DNA from: a bacterium
GTDB lineage: Bacteria; SAR324; XYD2-FULL-50-16
DNA length: 64,000 nt
NCBI GenBank assembly: GCA_032250835.1
Contig: JAVVEA010000014.1
Span: 28,375 to 92,374, forward strand
Direction: 5' to 3'
This document shows positions 42,556 to 53,443 of this stretch, one piece after another. The position numbers were made by a program, and so were the translations under genes. The notes under the pieces are model-generated. The model made no database searches, was not told where the DNA came from, and worked only from the letters and a program-made list of their open reading frames with translations. Positions within the stretch are counted from its first letter, which is position 1. The number at the start of each line of letters is the position of its first letter.

Positions 42556-42917
42556 CTGCTAACCGTTGTTCTTAAGGGGCAAAATTACAATTGTTTGCTG
42601 CATTATGTAACTTTAGCTGCCAAATAGTGCAAGAAAATGTTTGCGGGCATTTCCCGCATTGCCGGTTAATTATTTGAAACCAAAGGCATTAAAAATTAAA
42701 AAATTTAGATATTCAAACAATCTGATAACTAAAGTCGCCTTGGGGGTTATTTAGCTAAGAAGCGGCCCATGGCTGATCTACGGCTCGATTAAAAGGGCTT
42801 TTAGGTGGGGTCTCGCCAGAATAAACCAAAGATTGGCGCTTGTCGCTTAGAGCAGGGCAGGTTAGATTAACCTAGAAAAACAGCCGGCCCCTGCCCCAAC
42901 CGCGTTGCTGCAAATCC

Positions 42918-43286
42918 ATGACCTTAAGCGAAGAAGAACAATTACGCCAAAAAAGCGCCCGATTGGTGGCCCTGCTCGACCAATTTGCTTCGGAAGTAGA
43001 ACTCTACGATACCCAAGCCTTAGCCGGAGTACGCCAGCAGGAGCTGGGCGTTTTTTATGATTACCGGATTGGGATGGAAAAGGTGTACCGGCTCCAGCGG
43101 GTCTATTCTGAAGGCGACGGGCGGGTGGACATCATGGGCTCGCGGCGCAGCCTGACCACCGTGTTGTTTGGGTTGACCAAAAAGCTGGACCGGCTTTTTG
43201 CAGAGGATCAGGGCCTGGATGTGGTGGTGGACCCGGCCGGAATGGGCCGGGTTTCGATCACCTTGTACTTTAGTCTGGAATATTAG
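42918..43286 (+). CDS. Hypothetical protein
   Basis: 122-aa ATG ORF with host-like codon use filling the gap; no family recognised. Confidence 0.55.
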   Translation: MTLSEEEQLRQKSARLVALLDQFASEVELYDTQALAGVRQQELGVFYDYRIGMEKVYRLQRVYSEGDGRVDIMGSRRSLTTVLFGLTKKLDRLFAEDQGLDVVVDPAGMGRVSITLYFSLEY

Positions 43287-43352
43287 ACAGCCCTTATAAA
43301 GGGATAGAGCCGGACACCAAAGCTAACCCCATCAATATTGACAGGCTCCTTG

Positions 43353-46300
43353 TCATTTTTGGTCTAGAGAGGCCAGCAACTGGTCAAAGAGCTTTAGTTC
43401 CTTTTGGAATCCAGAAAGATTTAATCCCTCTAGATGCCCCACTAAAGCGGCAAACCACCGCATCAGCCCTTCTTCACGGAATCGCCCCGATAAAACGGCC
43501 AGTTCGCTCAACAAGCGGCGGGCCTGGGCGTGACTAGGCGAACTCTGGGCCGAAAGCTTGGGCCCAATCCGCTGGCCCAATTCGGCTTTGAGTTGGGCCA
43601 ATTCTTCAGCGCTGAGGGTTTTAAACTGGCCTTGGCTGACCGCTTCTAGCAATTCGGTGGGTCGGTAGTGGACCAGAAATTCGCTCAGTTCGATAAACAA
43701 GGCATTGGCATCTACCGGTTTGGGTAGATAGCCATCGCAGGTTTCCAATATCTCTTTGCGGTCCTCTTGCAGTACCTTGGCGGTCACGGCGATCACCGGT
43801 ATGTTGTCCAGCCCCGGTAAGGTCCGAATCTTCTGGGTCGCTTCCAGGCCGCCCATATTGGGCATCTTCATGTCCATCAAGATCACATCAGGGTTGACCT
43901 GCTTTGCCTGTTCGATCCCTGTGACGCCGTCGGCGGCTTCGAAGATTTGCAAAAAGCTATAAAATTCCAAAAATCCATGCAAGACCAGTCGGTTGGTCTG
44001 GTCGTCATCGACAATCAAGATCTTAGCGGCGTCAAAGACCCGTACCGGCAGGAATTTCAGCCCAGTTGAGACGTCTTCTTCGAGCGAAACCCGCTTGATC
44101 GCCGGTAAGTTTACGGTGAATTCACTACCCACCAGATGCTTGCTGGTTAGGCTGATGTCCCCGCCCATGATCTCACAAAGGCGCTTGCAGATAGCCAAAC
44201 CCAATCCGGTGCCTTCGGTGTTGCCCGAGTTGTGATTGCGCTGTTCAAAGGGGTTAAACACGACGGATAAGTCATCGGCTTGTATCCCGGTGCCCGTATC
44301 GGTGATGCAGAAAGTCAGGTCAACTCTCTTGGGCTCTTGTTCAGTCGGCTGGGCTGAAACCTCCAACTTGACCGCGCCGGACTTGGTGAATTTGATGGCA
44401 TTCGACAGCAGGTTGGTTAAAATCTGTTTGATCCGTTCGCGGTCGAGCAACAATCCGGGCGGAATCTGGTCTGAGACGATGCAATCAAATTCCAGCCCCT
44501 TCCCCTTGGCGGTAGGCCCAAAGTAGTCGGATAGTTCCAACACCAGCGCGCTCAGATCGACGGGCCCATAGTGCATTTGCAGCTTGCCTGCTTCGACCTT
44601 AGATAGGTCCAAGATGTCGTCGATTAAGGCCAATAAAGAGCGCCCGCTTTTGCGGATCAGTTCAAAGGGTTTGACTTGAGCTTCGCTGTGTTCTTCGCGC
44701 AGCAGGATGTCCGAAAAGCCTAGAATAGCGTTGAGCGGGGTGCGGATGTCGTGGCTGATATTGGCCAAAAAGTGGCTTTTGGTTCGGTTGGCGATCTCGG
44801 CCTGTTCTTTGGCGGCGGTTAGCTGGGCCTCGGCCTCCTTTTGCTCGTTGATGTTGAGTACCTGAGCCAAGAAATATAGCGGCCTGTCTTCTTCGTCTTT
44901 AACCAGCGAAACGGCCAAGTGCCCCCATAGGTGACTACCGTCTTTCTTGAGGTAACGTTTGTGCATATTGTAGGACTCAATCTCGCCCGATAACAACTGA
45001 TGGGCCTGCTGGACGTCTAGTTCCAGGTCGTCTGGGTGGGTGATGTCCTGAAATTTAAGCCGCAACAATTCGTCTTCTTTGTAGCCAGTCATCTCGCACA
45101 TGGCGCGGTTGGCTTTTAAGAAGTGCCCCTCGGGCGACACCAAGCAGAAGCCATGCACCGCGTCTTCAAAGACACTACGGAACCGGGCCTCGCTGAGCGT
45201 TAGGCTCTCGACGCTTTCATGCTCCACCGTTACGTCTTGCATGATCACGGCGACCAACTCCGGGACCGGCTGATAGGCGAGCAGATTAAACCACTTGCCC
45301 AGACTATCTATATAAAACTCAAACCGATGACCTTTTGCATGATGGATCACGGTCAGCATATGATCCCAAAGAATTGACCGTTCTTTCTCAGTCAAGCTGA
45401 GCTGTTTCAGCCGTTTACCTACCGTAGGTTCGCCACGGCCAAAGAGATGGTTGAAGGCCGGGTTGGTCTCGATCAACTCAAAGTCTTCAGGTACCTTGGC
45501 TTCCAGGGGGAGCTGCTGGAACACCCCAATGGCGTCGGCCATATTGGCGAAGAGGGCGCGGTATTGGGCCTCGCGCCGGGCTAAGGTTAACTGGGTGGTT
45601 TTTTCGGTGGTGATGTTGCGCAGCACACCGTAAATCTGTTGGTGCTTTCCCTCGTCGGTAGCGAAGACGCGCCCGGACATGCTGATCCACTGCGGTGCTT
45701 CGTCGTCATGGAGGCGATATTCAACGGTAAAAGGCCGTTCGGCGGTAATCGAGCCCTCTAGGGCGCTGCGCACCTTGGCTTGATCCGTATCCACAACCCG
45801 CCCCAAGAAATCCCCCAAGCTCATATCCGAGCGCCCGAGGCTAGAAAAGAGCGGCAAAAGGGAGTCCGCAAAATGGAAGCGGTCCAATTCCAAATCAAAG
45901 GACCAACTCCCTAGTTGGGCCGCCATATGGGCCATTTGGGAGCGTTCCTCGGCGACCCTCAGAGACTCTAGGTTCCGCTTGGTGCTGTCGATGTCCACAA
46001 AGGACAAGACCACGCCATCAAAGGTTTGTTGGTTGATGCGGTAAGGCAAGACCCGCATTTGAAACCATTTGCCCTCAAGGGTTTTGACTTCCTTTTGGAT
46101 CGGCTGGTTGGTGCGGATCACCTCTTGGGCTAAATGGGAGGGGTCACAGTCGACTAGGTTGCTGTTGATGTGTCCTAAGGGACGGCCCAGGTCGGTTTCG
46201 ATGATCCGGTACACCTCGGTAATCGGCGGGGTGAATTTGCGGATCGCCAGTTCGGCGTCCAAAAACAGGGTGGCGATTTGAGTGCTGGTTAAGAGGTTGT

Positions 46301-48464
46301 TGACGTCGTTGTTTAACTCACTGAGCTCTACGATCTTGCGCTGGTGCTCGGCGTTGACCGTATACAGTTCCTCGTTGACGGACTGTAACTCCTCGTTGGT
46401 GCTTTGTAACTCTTCGTTACTAGCCAGCAATTCCTCGTTGGTTGCCTGCAATTCTTCGTTGCTCGTTTCCAACTCTTCGATGGTCGCCTGTAGGTTTTCG
46501 CGGTTGAACTGAAGCTCTTGCTCTAGGTCCATAATCCGCTGTTCGGCCGCTTCGTCTAAGTTGAAATGAGTGACTTCTCCGGTCCGCTCCAGGGTGTCTA
46601 CTTCGGAACTGAGCGTGACCATAGCCAACGGTTCTACGTTACGGCGCAGTTGCAGGAGGTCGATTTCGGCGCGGTAGTAGCGCGGGTCTTGGCCGGGGAC
46701 CTCTAGGCGGATGTTGCGGTAGGTGACGGGGTCCCCGTTCTTAAAGACGCTGATCAAGCCCGTATTGACCGGAATCAGCAGCGGACGCACCAACATTTTT
46801 GAAAGGTGGGACTCGATCTTACCTGAAGGCACCTGAAGGATGTCGCCTGCGTTGTCGCCTAAGTTAAAGAGTACCTCCAATTCTTGGTTGATCAACAAAA
46901 CATGGCTCTCTTTCTTACGCGCCAGACTGTTGATCAATTCTATCAGGACCTGCTCCTCGCGGTGTGAGGTGGAGTAATAGCCGCGCGATGGCCGGTTGGT
47001 TGGAACACCGGATTGCTCGTTGCGGGTCTCTGAATTTGATGAAATGCCGACAATCTTCTTTTTACCCTGGGAGCGGAAGATTTTATTCTTCTGGCTTAAG
47101 ACCTCAAAGGCATCAACCGCCTCGCCCAAAGACTCACTACCGCCGAGCAGCAAGACCCCGCCTTGGTTTAAAGAAAAATTAAAGAAGTCCAAAACCTTGC
47201 GCTGCAAGACCGGCTGAAGGTAGATCATCAGGTTGCGGCAGCTAACAAAGTCGATATTGGTGAAGGGGGCGTCTTTGACCAAGTTGTGGTGGGCAAACAC
47301 GATCATCTCACGGATATGCGGAACAATCTGGTAGCTGTCGGACTTGACGATAAAGTACTTGCTTAAGAGCGTCGGCGAGAGGTCTGCGGCGATGGACTCC
47401 GTAAAGACCCCCGAGCTGGCCTTAACAATCGCCTCTTGGTCGATGTCGGTGGCGAAGATTTTGATCTGTACTGGGCTGTTGGTTTTTGCCTTGGCTTCAT
47501 GCAGGGCGATGGCCAAGGAATAGGCTTCCTCACCGGTGGAACATCCGGCCACCCAGGCCCGCAATTCGCCCGAATGTGCCCGCTCTAAGAGCTTCGGTAA
47601 CCAGACTTCGCTCAGTTCTTCAAAGGCTTCTTTGTCGCGGAAGAAATTGGTCACCCCGATCAATAGGTCCCGGTAAAGCGCCATGATCTCGGCGGGCTGG
47701 TTTTCCAGCAACAAGACATAGTCGCGCAGTTCATGGACTTGGTTGATCGACATGCGCCGCTCGATCCGGCGGATCACGGTGCTGGGCTTATAGTAAGTAA
47801 AATCTACTTTGGTCTTGCCGCGCAATAGGCTAAATATTCGGGCGATGCCGTCTTCGTCGGTGAAGAGTTTGGTCTCCTGGTCGGCTTTGTATAGCGTCCC
47901 TTTAGACAGATTGCGGATCTGTTCGGGCATTTCGTCTGGGGCTAAGACAAAATCAGCCAAGCCCGTTGAAAGAGCGGCGCGTGGCATGCCGTCGAATTTG
48001 GCGGTTTCTTCGGACTGGACCATCACCACCCCGCCGTGCTCTTTGATCGCCCGCACCCCGCGCATTCCGTCTGAGCCGGTTCCTGAGAGGATCACGCCCA
48101 AGGAATGTTCCCCTTGGTCTTCGGCCAAAGAACGCAAGAAAACGTCAATCGGCAGGTTCACGCCCCGGCTGTGGTCCTGCTCAATCAAGGACAAACAACC
48201 CTTGGAGATCAACAGGTTTTTCTTGGGCGGAATTAAATAAATGGCGTTGGCCATGACCTTCATGCCCTCTTCGGCACGGTGCACCGAAAGGCAAGTTTTT
48301 TTGGTCAGCAACTCGACCATCATCGACTTGTAGTCCGGCGAAAGGTGCTGGACCACAATATAAGCGATGTTGTCGCGATCTTGGAGTTGCTCGACAAAGG
48401 CCTCAATCGCCTCTAACCCGCCAGCGGAAGCGCCGATGCCCACAAATAAGGATGGTACTGCCAT
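43353..48464 (-). CDS. CheB/CheR fusion with PAS domains, histidine kinase and REC
   Basis: GASAGG/QHL/GSDG CheB triad; [21 protein letters not shown] CheR motifs; ELQSTNEE heptads; SHDIRTP; GTGLGL; DMKMP. Confidence 0.95.
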   Translation of the reverse strand: MAVPSLFVGIGASAGGLEAIEAFVEQLQDRDNIAYIVVQHLSPDYKSMMVELLTKKTCLSVHRAEEGMKVMANAIYLIPPKKNLLISKGCLSLIEQDHSRGVNLPIDVFLRSLAEDQGEHSLGVILSGTGSDGMRGVRAIKEHGGVVMVQSEETAKFDGMPRAALSTGLADFVLAPDEMPEQIRNLSKGTLYKADQETKLFTDEDGIARIFSLLRGKTKVDFTYYKPSTVIRRIERRMSINQVHELRDYVLLLENQPAEIMALYRDLLIGVTNFFRDKEAFEELSEVWLPKLLERAHSGELRAWVAGCSTGEEAYSLAIALHEAKAKTNSPVQIKIFATDIDQEAIVKASSGVFTESIAADLSPTLLSKYFIVKSDSYQIVPHIREMIVFAHHNLVKDAPFTNIDFVSCRNLMIYLQPVLQRKVLDFFNFSLNQGGVLLLGGSESLGEAVDAFEVLSQKNKIFRSQGKKKIVGISSNSETRNEQSGVPTNRPSRGYYSTSHREEQVLIELINSLARKKESHVLLINQELEVLFNLGDNAGDILQVPSGKIESHLSKMLVRPLLIPVNTGLISVFKNGDPVTYRNIRLEVPGQDPRYYRAEIDLLQLRRNVEPLAMVTLSSEVDTLERTGEVTHFNLDEAAEQRIMDLEQELQFNRENLQATIEELETSNEELQATNEELLASNEELQSTNEELQSVNEELYTVNAEHQRKIVELSELNNDVNNLLTSTQIATLFLDAELAIRKFTPPITEVYRIIETDLGRPLGHINSNLVDCDPSHLAQEVIRTNQPIQKEVKTLEGKWFQMRVLPYRINQQTFDGVVLSFVDIDSTKRNLESLRVAEERSQMAHMAAQLGSWSFDLELDRFHFADSLLPLFSSLGRSDMSLGDFLGRVVDTDQAKVRSALEGSITAERPFTVEYRLHDDEAPQWISMSGRVFATDEGKHQQIYGVLRNITTEKTTQLTLARREAQYRALFANMADAIGVFQQLPLEAKVPEDFELIETNPAFNHLFGRGEPTVGKRLKQLSLTEKERSILWDHMLTVIHHAKGHRFEFYIDSLGKWFNLLAYQPVPELVAVIMQDVTVEHESVESLTLSEARFRSVFEDAVHGFCLVSPEGHFLKANRAMCEMTGYKEDELLRLKFQDITHPDDLELDVQQAHQLLSGEIESYNMHKRYLKKDGSHLWGHLAVSLVKDEEDRPLYFLAQVLNINEQKEAEAQLTAAKEQAEIANRTKSHFLANISHDIRTPLNAILGFSDILLREEHSEAQVKPFELIRKSGRSLLALIDDILDLSKVEAGKLQMHYGPVDLSALVLELSDYFGPTAKGKGLEFDCIVSDQIPPGLLLDRERIKQILTNLLSNAIKFTKSGAVKLEVSAQPTEQEPKRVDLTFCITDTGTGIQADDLSVVFNPFEQRNHNSGNTEGTGLGLAICKRLCEIMGGDISLTSKHLVGSEFTVNLPAIKRVSLEEDVSTGLKFLPVRVFDAAKILIVDDDQTNRLVLHGFLEFYSFLQIFEAADGVTGIEQAKQVNPDVILMDMKMPNMGGLEATQKIRTLPGLDNIPVIAVTAKVLQEDRKEILETCDGYLPKPVDANALFIELSEFLVHYRPTELLEAVSQGQFKTLSAEELAQLKAELGQRIGPKLSAQSSPSHAQARRLLSELAVLSGRFREEGLMRWFAALVGHLEGLNLSGFQKELKLFDQLLASLDQK

Positions 48465-48658
48465 AGGACTAACGTGAAGGTCGGTTGCGGTGACCAGAAA
48501 AGCTTACAGAGGCCTTAAAGATGAACGCATCATAACCAATAGGTCCATAAAAACCAAATCGAATTTATGGCCAAAAGACTAAAAAAACCATATAGGCATT
48601 TTAATGCTGGTTGGCCTTTGCTCCTAAGATAATACCCCAGAGGGTTGAAAAGGTAGGC

Positions 48659-48960
48659 TCAGTACTTGAGCTTAAACAGGCGGTGCTTGGCGGTGATTTC
48701 GGCGGCTTCGCCTAGGTGTTTGACACCCTTGGCGGCCAGCAGGGGGATCAGGCGTAAAAAAACCAGGGCGGTCATTTTGGCGTCTCCTAAGGCTTGGTGC
48801 CGGTTGCTTGGGGTCGATGCCAAACCGGCGGGCTAGGTCTTCAAGGCCCCATTCGCTGTCTAAGCAAAATTCGGCCAAACAGAGGCTGTCGAGCACCGGC
48901 ATCTACTGCAAATTCCAATAACTGGGGCCAACGGGACGTCAAGGGCGGTTGGCGTTTAAG
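48659..48960 (-). pseudogene. Duplicated, frameshifted 3' remnant of the exonuclease gene 53444..54766
   Basis: 48661-48893 is about 95% identical to 53446-53677 (about 10 substitutions and 1 extra base by eye); 48905-48960 encodes the diverged peptide LKRQPPLTSRWPQLLEFA versus LTNEPTLASHWPKFLEFA. Confidence 0.88.
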
Positions 48961-49048
48961 ACTTGTGCACAATATTGTGACCACTCCATTTTAAATATCT
49001 ATTGCAAATTGATGGAAGTTAGCTTGGCAGATATTAAGGGGGAGGTCA

Positions 49049-50773
49049 CTAAGGCTCGTTGAGCGCAAGAAAATAAAAGGGTTCCCTTTTACTGTTGGTC
49101 CAGTATTGGACTGACCCTTTGATTTGGATTTCCAACTCGACCGATGCCCTGTTTAGGTCCGATAAATTTGATTGATCGACCAGATAGGCCGCCTGTAGTG
49201 GGGACCATTCCCCATCGGTTGGGGAAGAAAAATGGAAAATACTTTGATTTGCCTCCGCAGTTTTTAAAATAATAGTGACACTTTCTTGTTTTTGAGACAA
49301 CCGCGGGTATACGATCCAGTCAAACTGCCGGAGAGTTCCCAGCTGCATTTTGACACGAATCACCCCATTTTGTTGCAGGTCAGTCGGCGTATAAAAGCCC
49401 CATGTAGCACTCTTGTTAGGTTGGTAGGTCAGGTTTTGGGTGCTCAAAACTTCTACTTTAGGAGCCCCTTCTGGGCTGTCAAACCAGCCTGCTGTATAAA
49501 GAGGCAGCCAGTCTATCACGTTAGAAAACTGGTCGGCAACTTGTTCGACCGGCAACAGGGGATTTGGCTGGATTGCGCTAGCAAGTTTAGGGGTTTGCCG
49601 GATGGTTTCGTACACCTCCTTGGCAAGTAAGTAGTTCCCGTAGCGGCTAAAATGGACAGAGTCAGAATAGACTCGGTACATCGTTCCCTTTTTCTGAGTT
49701 TCCCTATCAAATAAGGCTTGAGGGTCTACCAGCGGAATTTGCTCACTGCGGGCCAGTCGTTGGTTGATATCAGGTAAGAGCACACGCCCTGACCGGTAGA
49801 TCCAAAGAAACTCATTGCTGATGTTGTGGCCCCGACTCTTTTCCTCGGCTACGCTCGTATCACCTTTGACGATCCAAGGATAATTGACCAAAACCACCGG
49901 GATGCCCTTTTGCTTGCGCTCTTTGATGAGTACCTTCATGTTTTCTTCAAAACCTATATAGGTCAGTCGCTGATTCACGTCCTCCACCTGACTCTCATTC
50001 AGGTTTTGGTTTTCAATGTCTTGCGGCGTAGCCTGGTGAGAGTTCATTTTAGTTACCAGCCACTTCCCGCTGCTATCCATGACACGCCCAATTCCAGTTT
50101 GTCGTACCCAGCTACCTACTTCCCGTAGCATGCTTGGTTTTCGGTTCAACAACGCTGTGAGTGCAGCTTCCCGGTTGGCGCTCATTTGTTGTAGGTCTGT
50201 TCTTGATTGCCGCATCGCCCCAACTACGTCATTGAGCCCCATCATAAAGACATACAAATCGGGATCAAGGGCATCTAACTCGGAACTAGTGCGGAGACGA
50301 TGATGCCAGCTATTATATCCAAACACCCCGGCATTGATTACTTCGACTCGCTTACCTCCGACCGTTTCCGCTTTGGAAAAAAGCTGCTCTAAAATAGCGG
50401 GGTAAGTTAAATGATCCCCGCCTGCATTGGACCCGATGGTGGTAGAGCCACCGATACAGATGATACGAAATACGCCCGGCGGCTTTTTTTCTTCAAAATC
50501 AGGGCCCCGAAAGCCCAAGGAGTTAAAATGATACTCCGCCACGGAATGGTTCCTCTTCAGTCGATAACCCAAAACCGGGTCGACTTCCGCATATACCGAA
50601 TCCTTGAAACCCGTATCTATTACGTTCAGGGCGCGCTGATCGATTCCTACAGATGGAGCGTCTGATTTTGTTAAAAATAAAGCCACTCTCGCCGTTCCCT
50701 CAATAAATCCTAGAAAAAAAACAAAAAGAACCAGGGAATAAATCAGTTTTCTACTTAGACTGCGAGGATGCAT
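49049..50773 (-). CDS. Membrane-anchored SGNH/GDSL hydrolase family protein
   Basis: N-terminal TM; NSLGFRG, IGGSTT, INAGV.GY, GLND, DSVH...GN. Confidence 0.85.
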   Translation of the reverse strand: MHPRSLSRKLIYSLVLFVFFLGFIEGTARVALFLTKSDAPSVGIDQRALNVIDTGFKDSVYAEVDPVLGYRLKRNHSVAEYHFNSLGFRGPDFEEKKPPGVFRIICIGGSTTIGSNAGGDHLTYPAILEQLFSKAETVGGKRVEVINAGVFGYNSWHHRLRTSSELDALDPDLYVFMMGLNDVVGAMRQSRTDLQQMSANREAALTALLNRKPSMLREVGSWVRQTGIGRVMDSSGKWLVTKMNSHQATPQDIENQNLNESQVEDVNQRLTYIGFEENMKVLIKERKQKGIPVVLVNYPWIVKGDTSVAEEKSRGHNISNEFLWIYRSGRVLLPDINQRLARSEQIPLVDPQALFDRETQKKGTMYRVYSDSVHFSRYGNYLLAKEVYETIRQTPKLASAIQPNPLLPVEQVADQFSNVIDWLPLYTAGWFDSPEGAPKVEVLSTQNLTYQPNKSATWGFYTPTDLQQNGVIRVKMQLGTLRQFDWIVYPRLSQKQESVTIILKTAEANQSIFHFSSPTDGEWSPLQAAYLVDQSNLSDLNRASVELEIQIKGSVQYWTNSKREPFYFLALNEP

Positions 50774-50788
50774 TTGTGTGATCTAACT

Positions 50789-50941
50789 TTAAAATAGGGT
50801 ATAAATAAAAGGAGCAATTGCCGAACCTTGAGTAAGTACCAGCAACCCGCCTAATAACAGCAGGGTTAAAATGATGGGGGCGAGCCAAAACTTTTTACTT
50901 TCTTTTAAGAATCCAAAGAGGTCTTTGATTAAATCTAACAT
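50789..50941 (-). CDS. SxtK/DUF5989-family small membrane protein (50 aa; absent from the ORF track)
   Basis: MLDLIKDLFGFLKESKKFWLAPIILTLLLLGGLLVLTQGSAIAPFIYTLF; the start overlaps the stop of the SxtJ-family gene. Confidence 0.88.
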   Translation of the reverse strand: MLDLIKDLFGFLKESKKFWLAPIILTLLLLGGLLVLTQGSAIAPFIYTLF

Positions 50942-51345
50942 TAGTAAGGCCGTTCAAAATGGGTTTTATCTTTAAGCTTAGACTGGGTCCAATGGCTTTT
51001 TGTGTTTGGTTTCAAGTGGAGATGATCGCGCCCAAGGAGCTTCATCGATAGCCCTAAAGGGACCATTAATCCGTAATAGATGATTCCTAAAATGATCTTG
51101 CTGTTGACCCATCCAGCCCAATGACCAAAGGTCATCCAGCCTTTATATACTGGGCGCAACGCTTGAGGTAAAACCAAGCCTACCCCAACCAAAGGGGCAA
51201 CTATATACCAAGGCCAAACAGGCCAAGGTTTATCAAGCACCCAAGGCAGCAAAAGACCAAACAGACCACCGATGATGCTGCCAGTGCTCAACCCAAACTT
51301 TCTCAACTCAGCATTATTGAGTTGTTGAATTTCTAATTTTTGCAT
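50941..51345 (-). CDS. SxtJ-family membrane protein
   Basis: LRKFG, P..L.P.Y..WM..G...G..NS.IILG..Y....P.G, C-terminal FERPY. Confidence 0.85.
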   Translation of the reverse strand: MQKLEIQQLNNAELRKFGLSTGSIIGGLFGLLLPWVLDKPWPVWPWYIVAPLVGVGLVLPQALRPVYKGWMTFGHWAGWVNSKIILGIIYYGLMVPLGLSMKLLGRDHLHLKPNTKSHWTQSKLKDKTHFERPY

Positions 51346-51347
51346 GG

Positions 51348-53183
51348 CTAATCCAATTCAAATTCGTTGCGCCAATCACCCTGTTCTTTCCAGGCCGGTT
51401 GAGCTGACTTTTCCAATAGGTAATTTTCTACAACCAAATAGTCCATCTCTGTGCGCATAAAGCAACGGTAGGCATCTTCGGGACTGCTGACAATCGGCTC
51501 ACCGCGGACATTAAAAGAGGTGTTGATCAACACCGGGCACCCGGTTTTGTTTTCAAACTGCTCTAATAGGCCGTAAAAGGCAGGATTGGTCTCTTGGTGC
51601 ACTGTTTGTAATCGAGCCGAGTAGTCCACATGGGTAACCGCCGGGATATCCGAGCGAGGAACGTTCAACTTCTCGATCCCAAAAAGGCCCATTTGCGCTT
51701 CGGTCATAGGTAGTTGTTTGTCTTTTTTTACCTCAGCAACCATCAGCATATAGGGGCTGACCCCTTCATACTCGAACCATTCACTCACTTTTTCTGCCCG
51801 CACAGCGGGAGCAAAGGGACGAAAAGACTCTCGATATTTGATCTTAAGGTTCATCACGGATTGCATCTTTTGGCTTCTCGGATCACCGATAATCGAACGA
51901 CCACCCAAGGCGCGAGGACCAAATTCCATCCGCCCTTGAAACCAGCCAACTACCTTTTCATCAGCCAATATCTCGGCGAGACGTTGGTGCATATCTTGGG
52001 ATTCTAGCACCTGGTACTGTGCTTGAAGGTTGTCTAGGGTTCGAGCAATCTGTTCAGCAGAATACTGGGGGCCAAGATAAGCGCCTTTCATTTGGTCTTG
52101 CCCCGACTGGCGGGGGTTTTCTAAGTATTCGTACCAAACTGAAAGGGCCGCACCCAAAGCACCTCCGGCATCACCTGAGGCAGGCTGAATCCAAATCTCA
52201 TCAAAGATCTTTTCTTTCCAAAGCTTGCCATTGGCTACGCAGTTTAATGCAACCCCTCCGGCCAAACATAAATGCTTTACGCCCAGCTCTTGTTTCACCT
52301 GGGTCGCCAACCGGATCACGGCCTTTTCGGTGACCACCTGTACCGAAGCGGCCATGTCCATCTCCCGCTGGGTTACTTCGGATTCACCTTTTCGCGGAGG
52401 TCCACCGAAAAGCTGATCAAAGGCCCGGTTGGTCATGGTCAAGCCGGTCGCAAAATTGAAATACTTCATGTTGAGCTGAAAGCTGCCATCTTCATGCAGA
52501 TGGATCAGATTTTTTTCGATTTGCTCCACATATTTTGGTTCGCCGTAAGGAGCCAAACCCATCAATTTGTATTCACCAGAGTTGACCTTAAAACCACAGT
52601 AATAGGTAAAAGCCGAGTACAGCAGGCCCAAGGAATGGGGGAAGCGGATTTCTTTGACCGCTTTAACTTGGTTGCCTTGGCCATGCCAGACCGACGCGGT
52701 AGCCCACTCACCAACGCCGTCCAAACAGAGCACAGCTGCTTCTTCAAAGGGGCTCGGGAAAAAGGCGCTGGCTGCGTGAGCGTGATGGTGTTCGTCAAAC
52801 AAGAGCGGCGGCAAAGCGGCGCGCTTGATTCCGGCTAGCTGGCTCAGGTCGCGCTTTAGTTGGTCTTTCAAATAAAGCTTTTCCTTGAGCCAAATGGGCA
52901 TGGCGGTAACAAAGCTACGGAACCCCTGTGGGGCAAATGCAAGGTAGGTTTCTAATAGACGTTCAAACTTGACCAGAGGCTTATCGTAAAAAACAACGTA
53001 GTCTATCTCCTCTAGCTTTACATTGGCTACATTTAAGCAATATTTGATCGCTTCAGACGGAAAACCTGGATCATGTTTCTTTCTGGTGAAGCGCTCCTCT
53101 TGAGCGGCCGCAACGATATCCCCGTCTAAGACTAAGGCGGCAGCGCTGTCGTGGTAAAAGGCGGAAATTCCCAAGATTAACAA
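51348..53183 (-). CDS. O-carbamoyltransferase (CmcH/NodU/SxtI family)
   Basis: LGISAFYHDSAA, AQEERF.R.KH, EHH..HA.SAF, EYKLMGLAPYG, GGVALNC, EFGPRALG, NTSFN. Confidence 0.95.
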   Translation of the reverse strand: MLILGISAFYHDSAAALVLDGDIVAAAQEERFTRKKHDPGFPSEAIKYCLNVANVKLEEIDYVVFYDKPLVKFERLLETYLAFAPQGFRSFVTAMPIWLKEKLYLKDQLKRDLSQLAGIKRAALPPLLFDEHHHAHAASAFFPSPFEEAAVLCLDGVGEWATASVWHGQGNQVKAVKEIRFPHSLGLLYSAFTYYCGFKVNSGEYKLMGLAPYGEPKYVEQIEKNLIHLHEDGSFQLNMKYFNFATGLTMTNRAFDQLFGGPPRKGESEVTQREMDMAASVQVVTEKAVIRLATQVKQELGVKHLCLAGGVALNCVANGKLWKEKIFDEIWIQPASGDAGGALGAALSVWYEYLENPRQSGQDQMKGAYLGPQYSAEQIARTLDNLQAQYQVLESQDMHQRLAEILADEKVVGWFQGRMEFGPRALGGRSIIGDPRSQKMQSVMNLKIKYRESFRPFAPAVRAEKVSEWFEYEGVSPYMLMVAEVKKDKQLPMTEAQMGLFGIEKLNVPRSDIPAVTHVDYSARLQTVHQETNPAFYGLLEQFENKTGCPVLINTSFNVRGEPIVSSPEDAYRCFMRTEMDYLVVENYLLEKSAQPAWKEQGDWRNEFELD

Positions 53184-53443
53184 AACAATCCTATATTTAT
53201 TAGTTTTATATAGCTGTTTCCAGGCTGTTTTCGAAATATATATTGAATTTTCTACAGCAGTTGCATTACTCTTCGCAACGATTAATAGATATTGAATTTG
53301 ATGAACCGATCAAGTTATTTATAATCAAGATATTACAGTTTTGAATCCGCGTTGGAGATTGGCGAAAACTCTCTAGCCATCTAACATCAGCACCAATTGA
53401 AACTGCCCTGCCGATATAAATAATACTCAACGAGCAGTTTAAT

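Larger units (their letters stand above)
48961..53443. mobile_element. AT-richer accessory island (carbamoyltransferase, SxtJ, SxtK, SGNH) between the exonuclease gene and its 3' duplicate
   Basis: Flanking duplication and composition shift; no integrase or terminal repeats recognised. Confidence 0.6.

Noticed and set aside
48672-48994. ORFs 48672..48902 and 48794..48994
   Set aside because: Products of the frameshifted exonuclease remnant and its antisense strand.
50789-53183. Saxitoxin biosynthesis
   Set aside because: Only sxtI/J/K-like genes are present; no sxtA, sxtG or other core genes.
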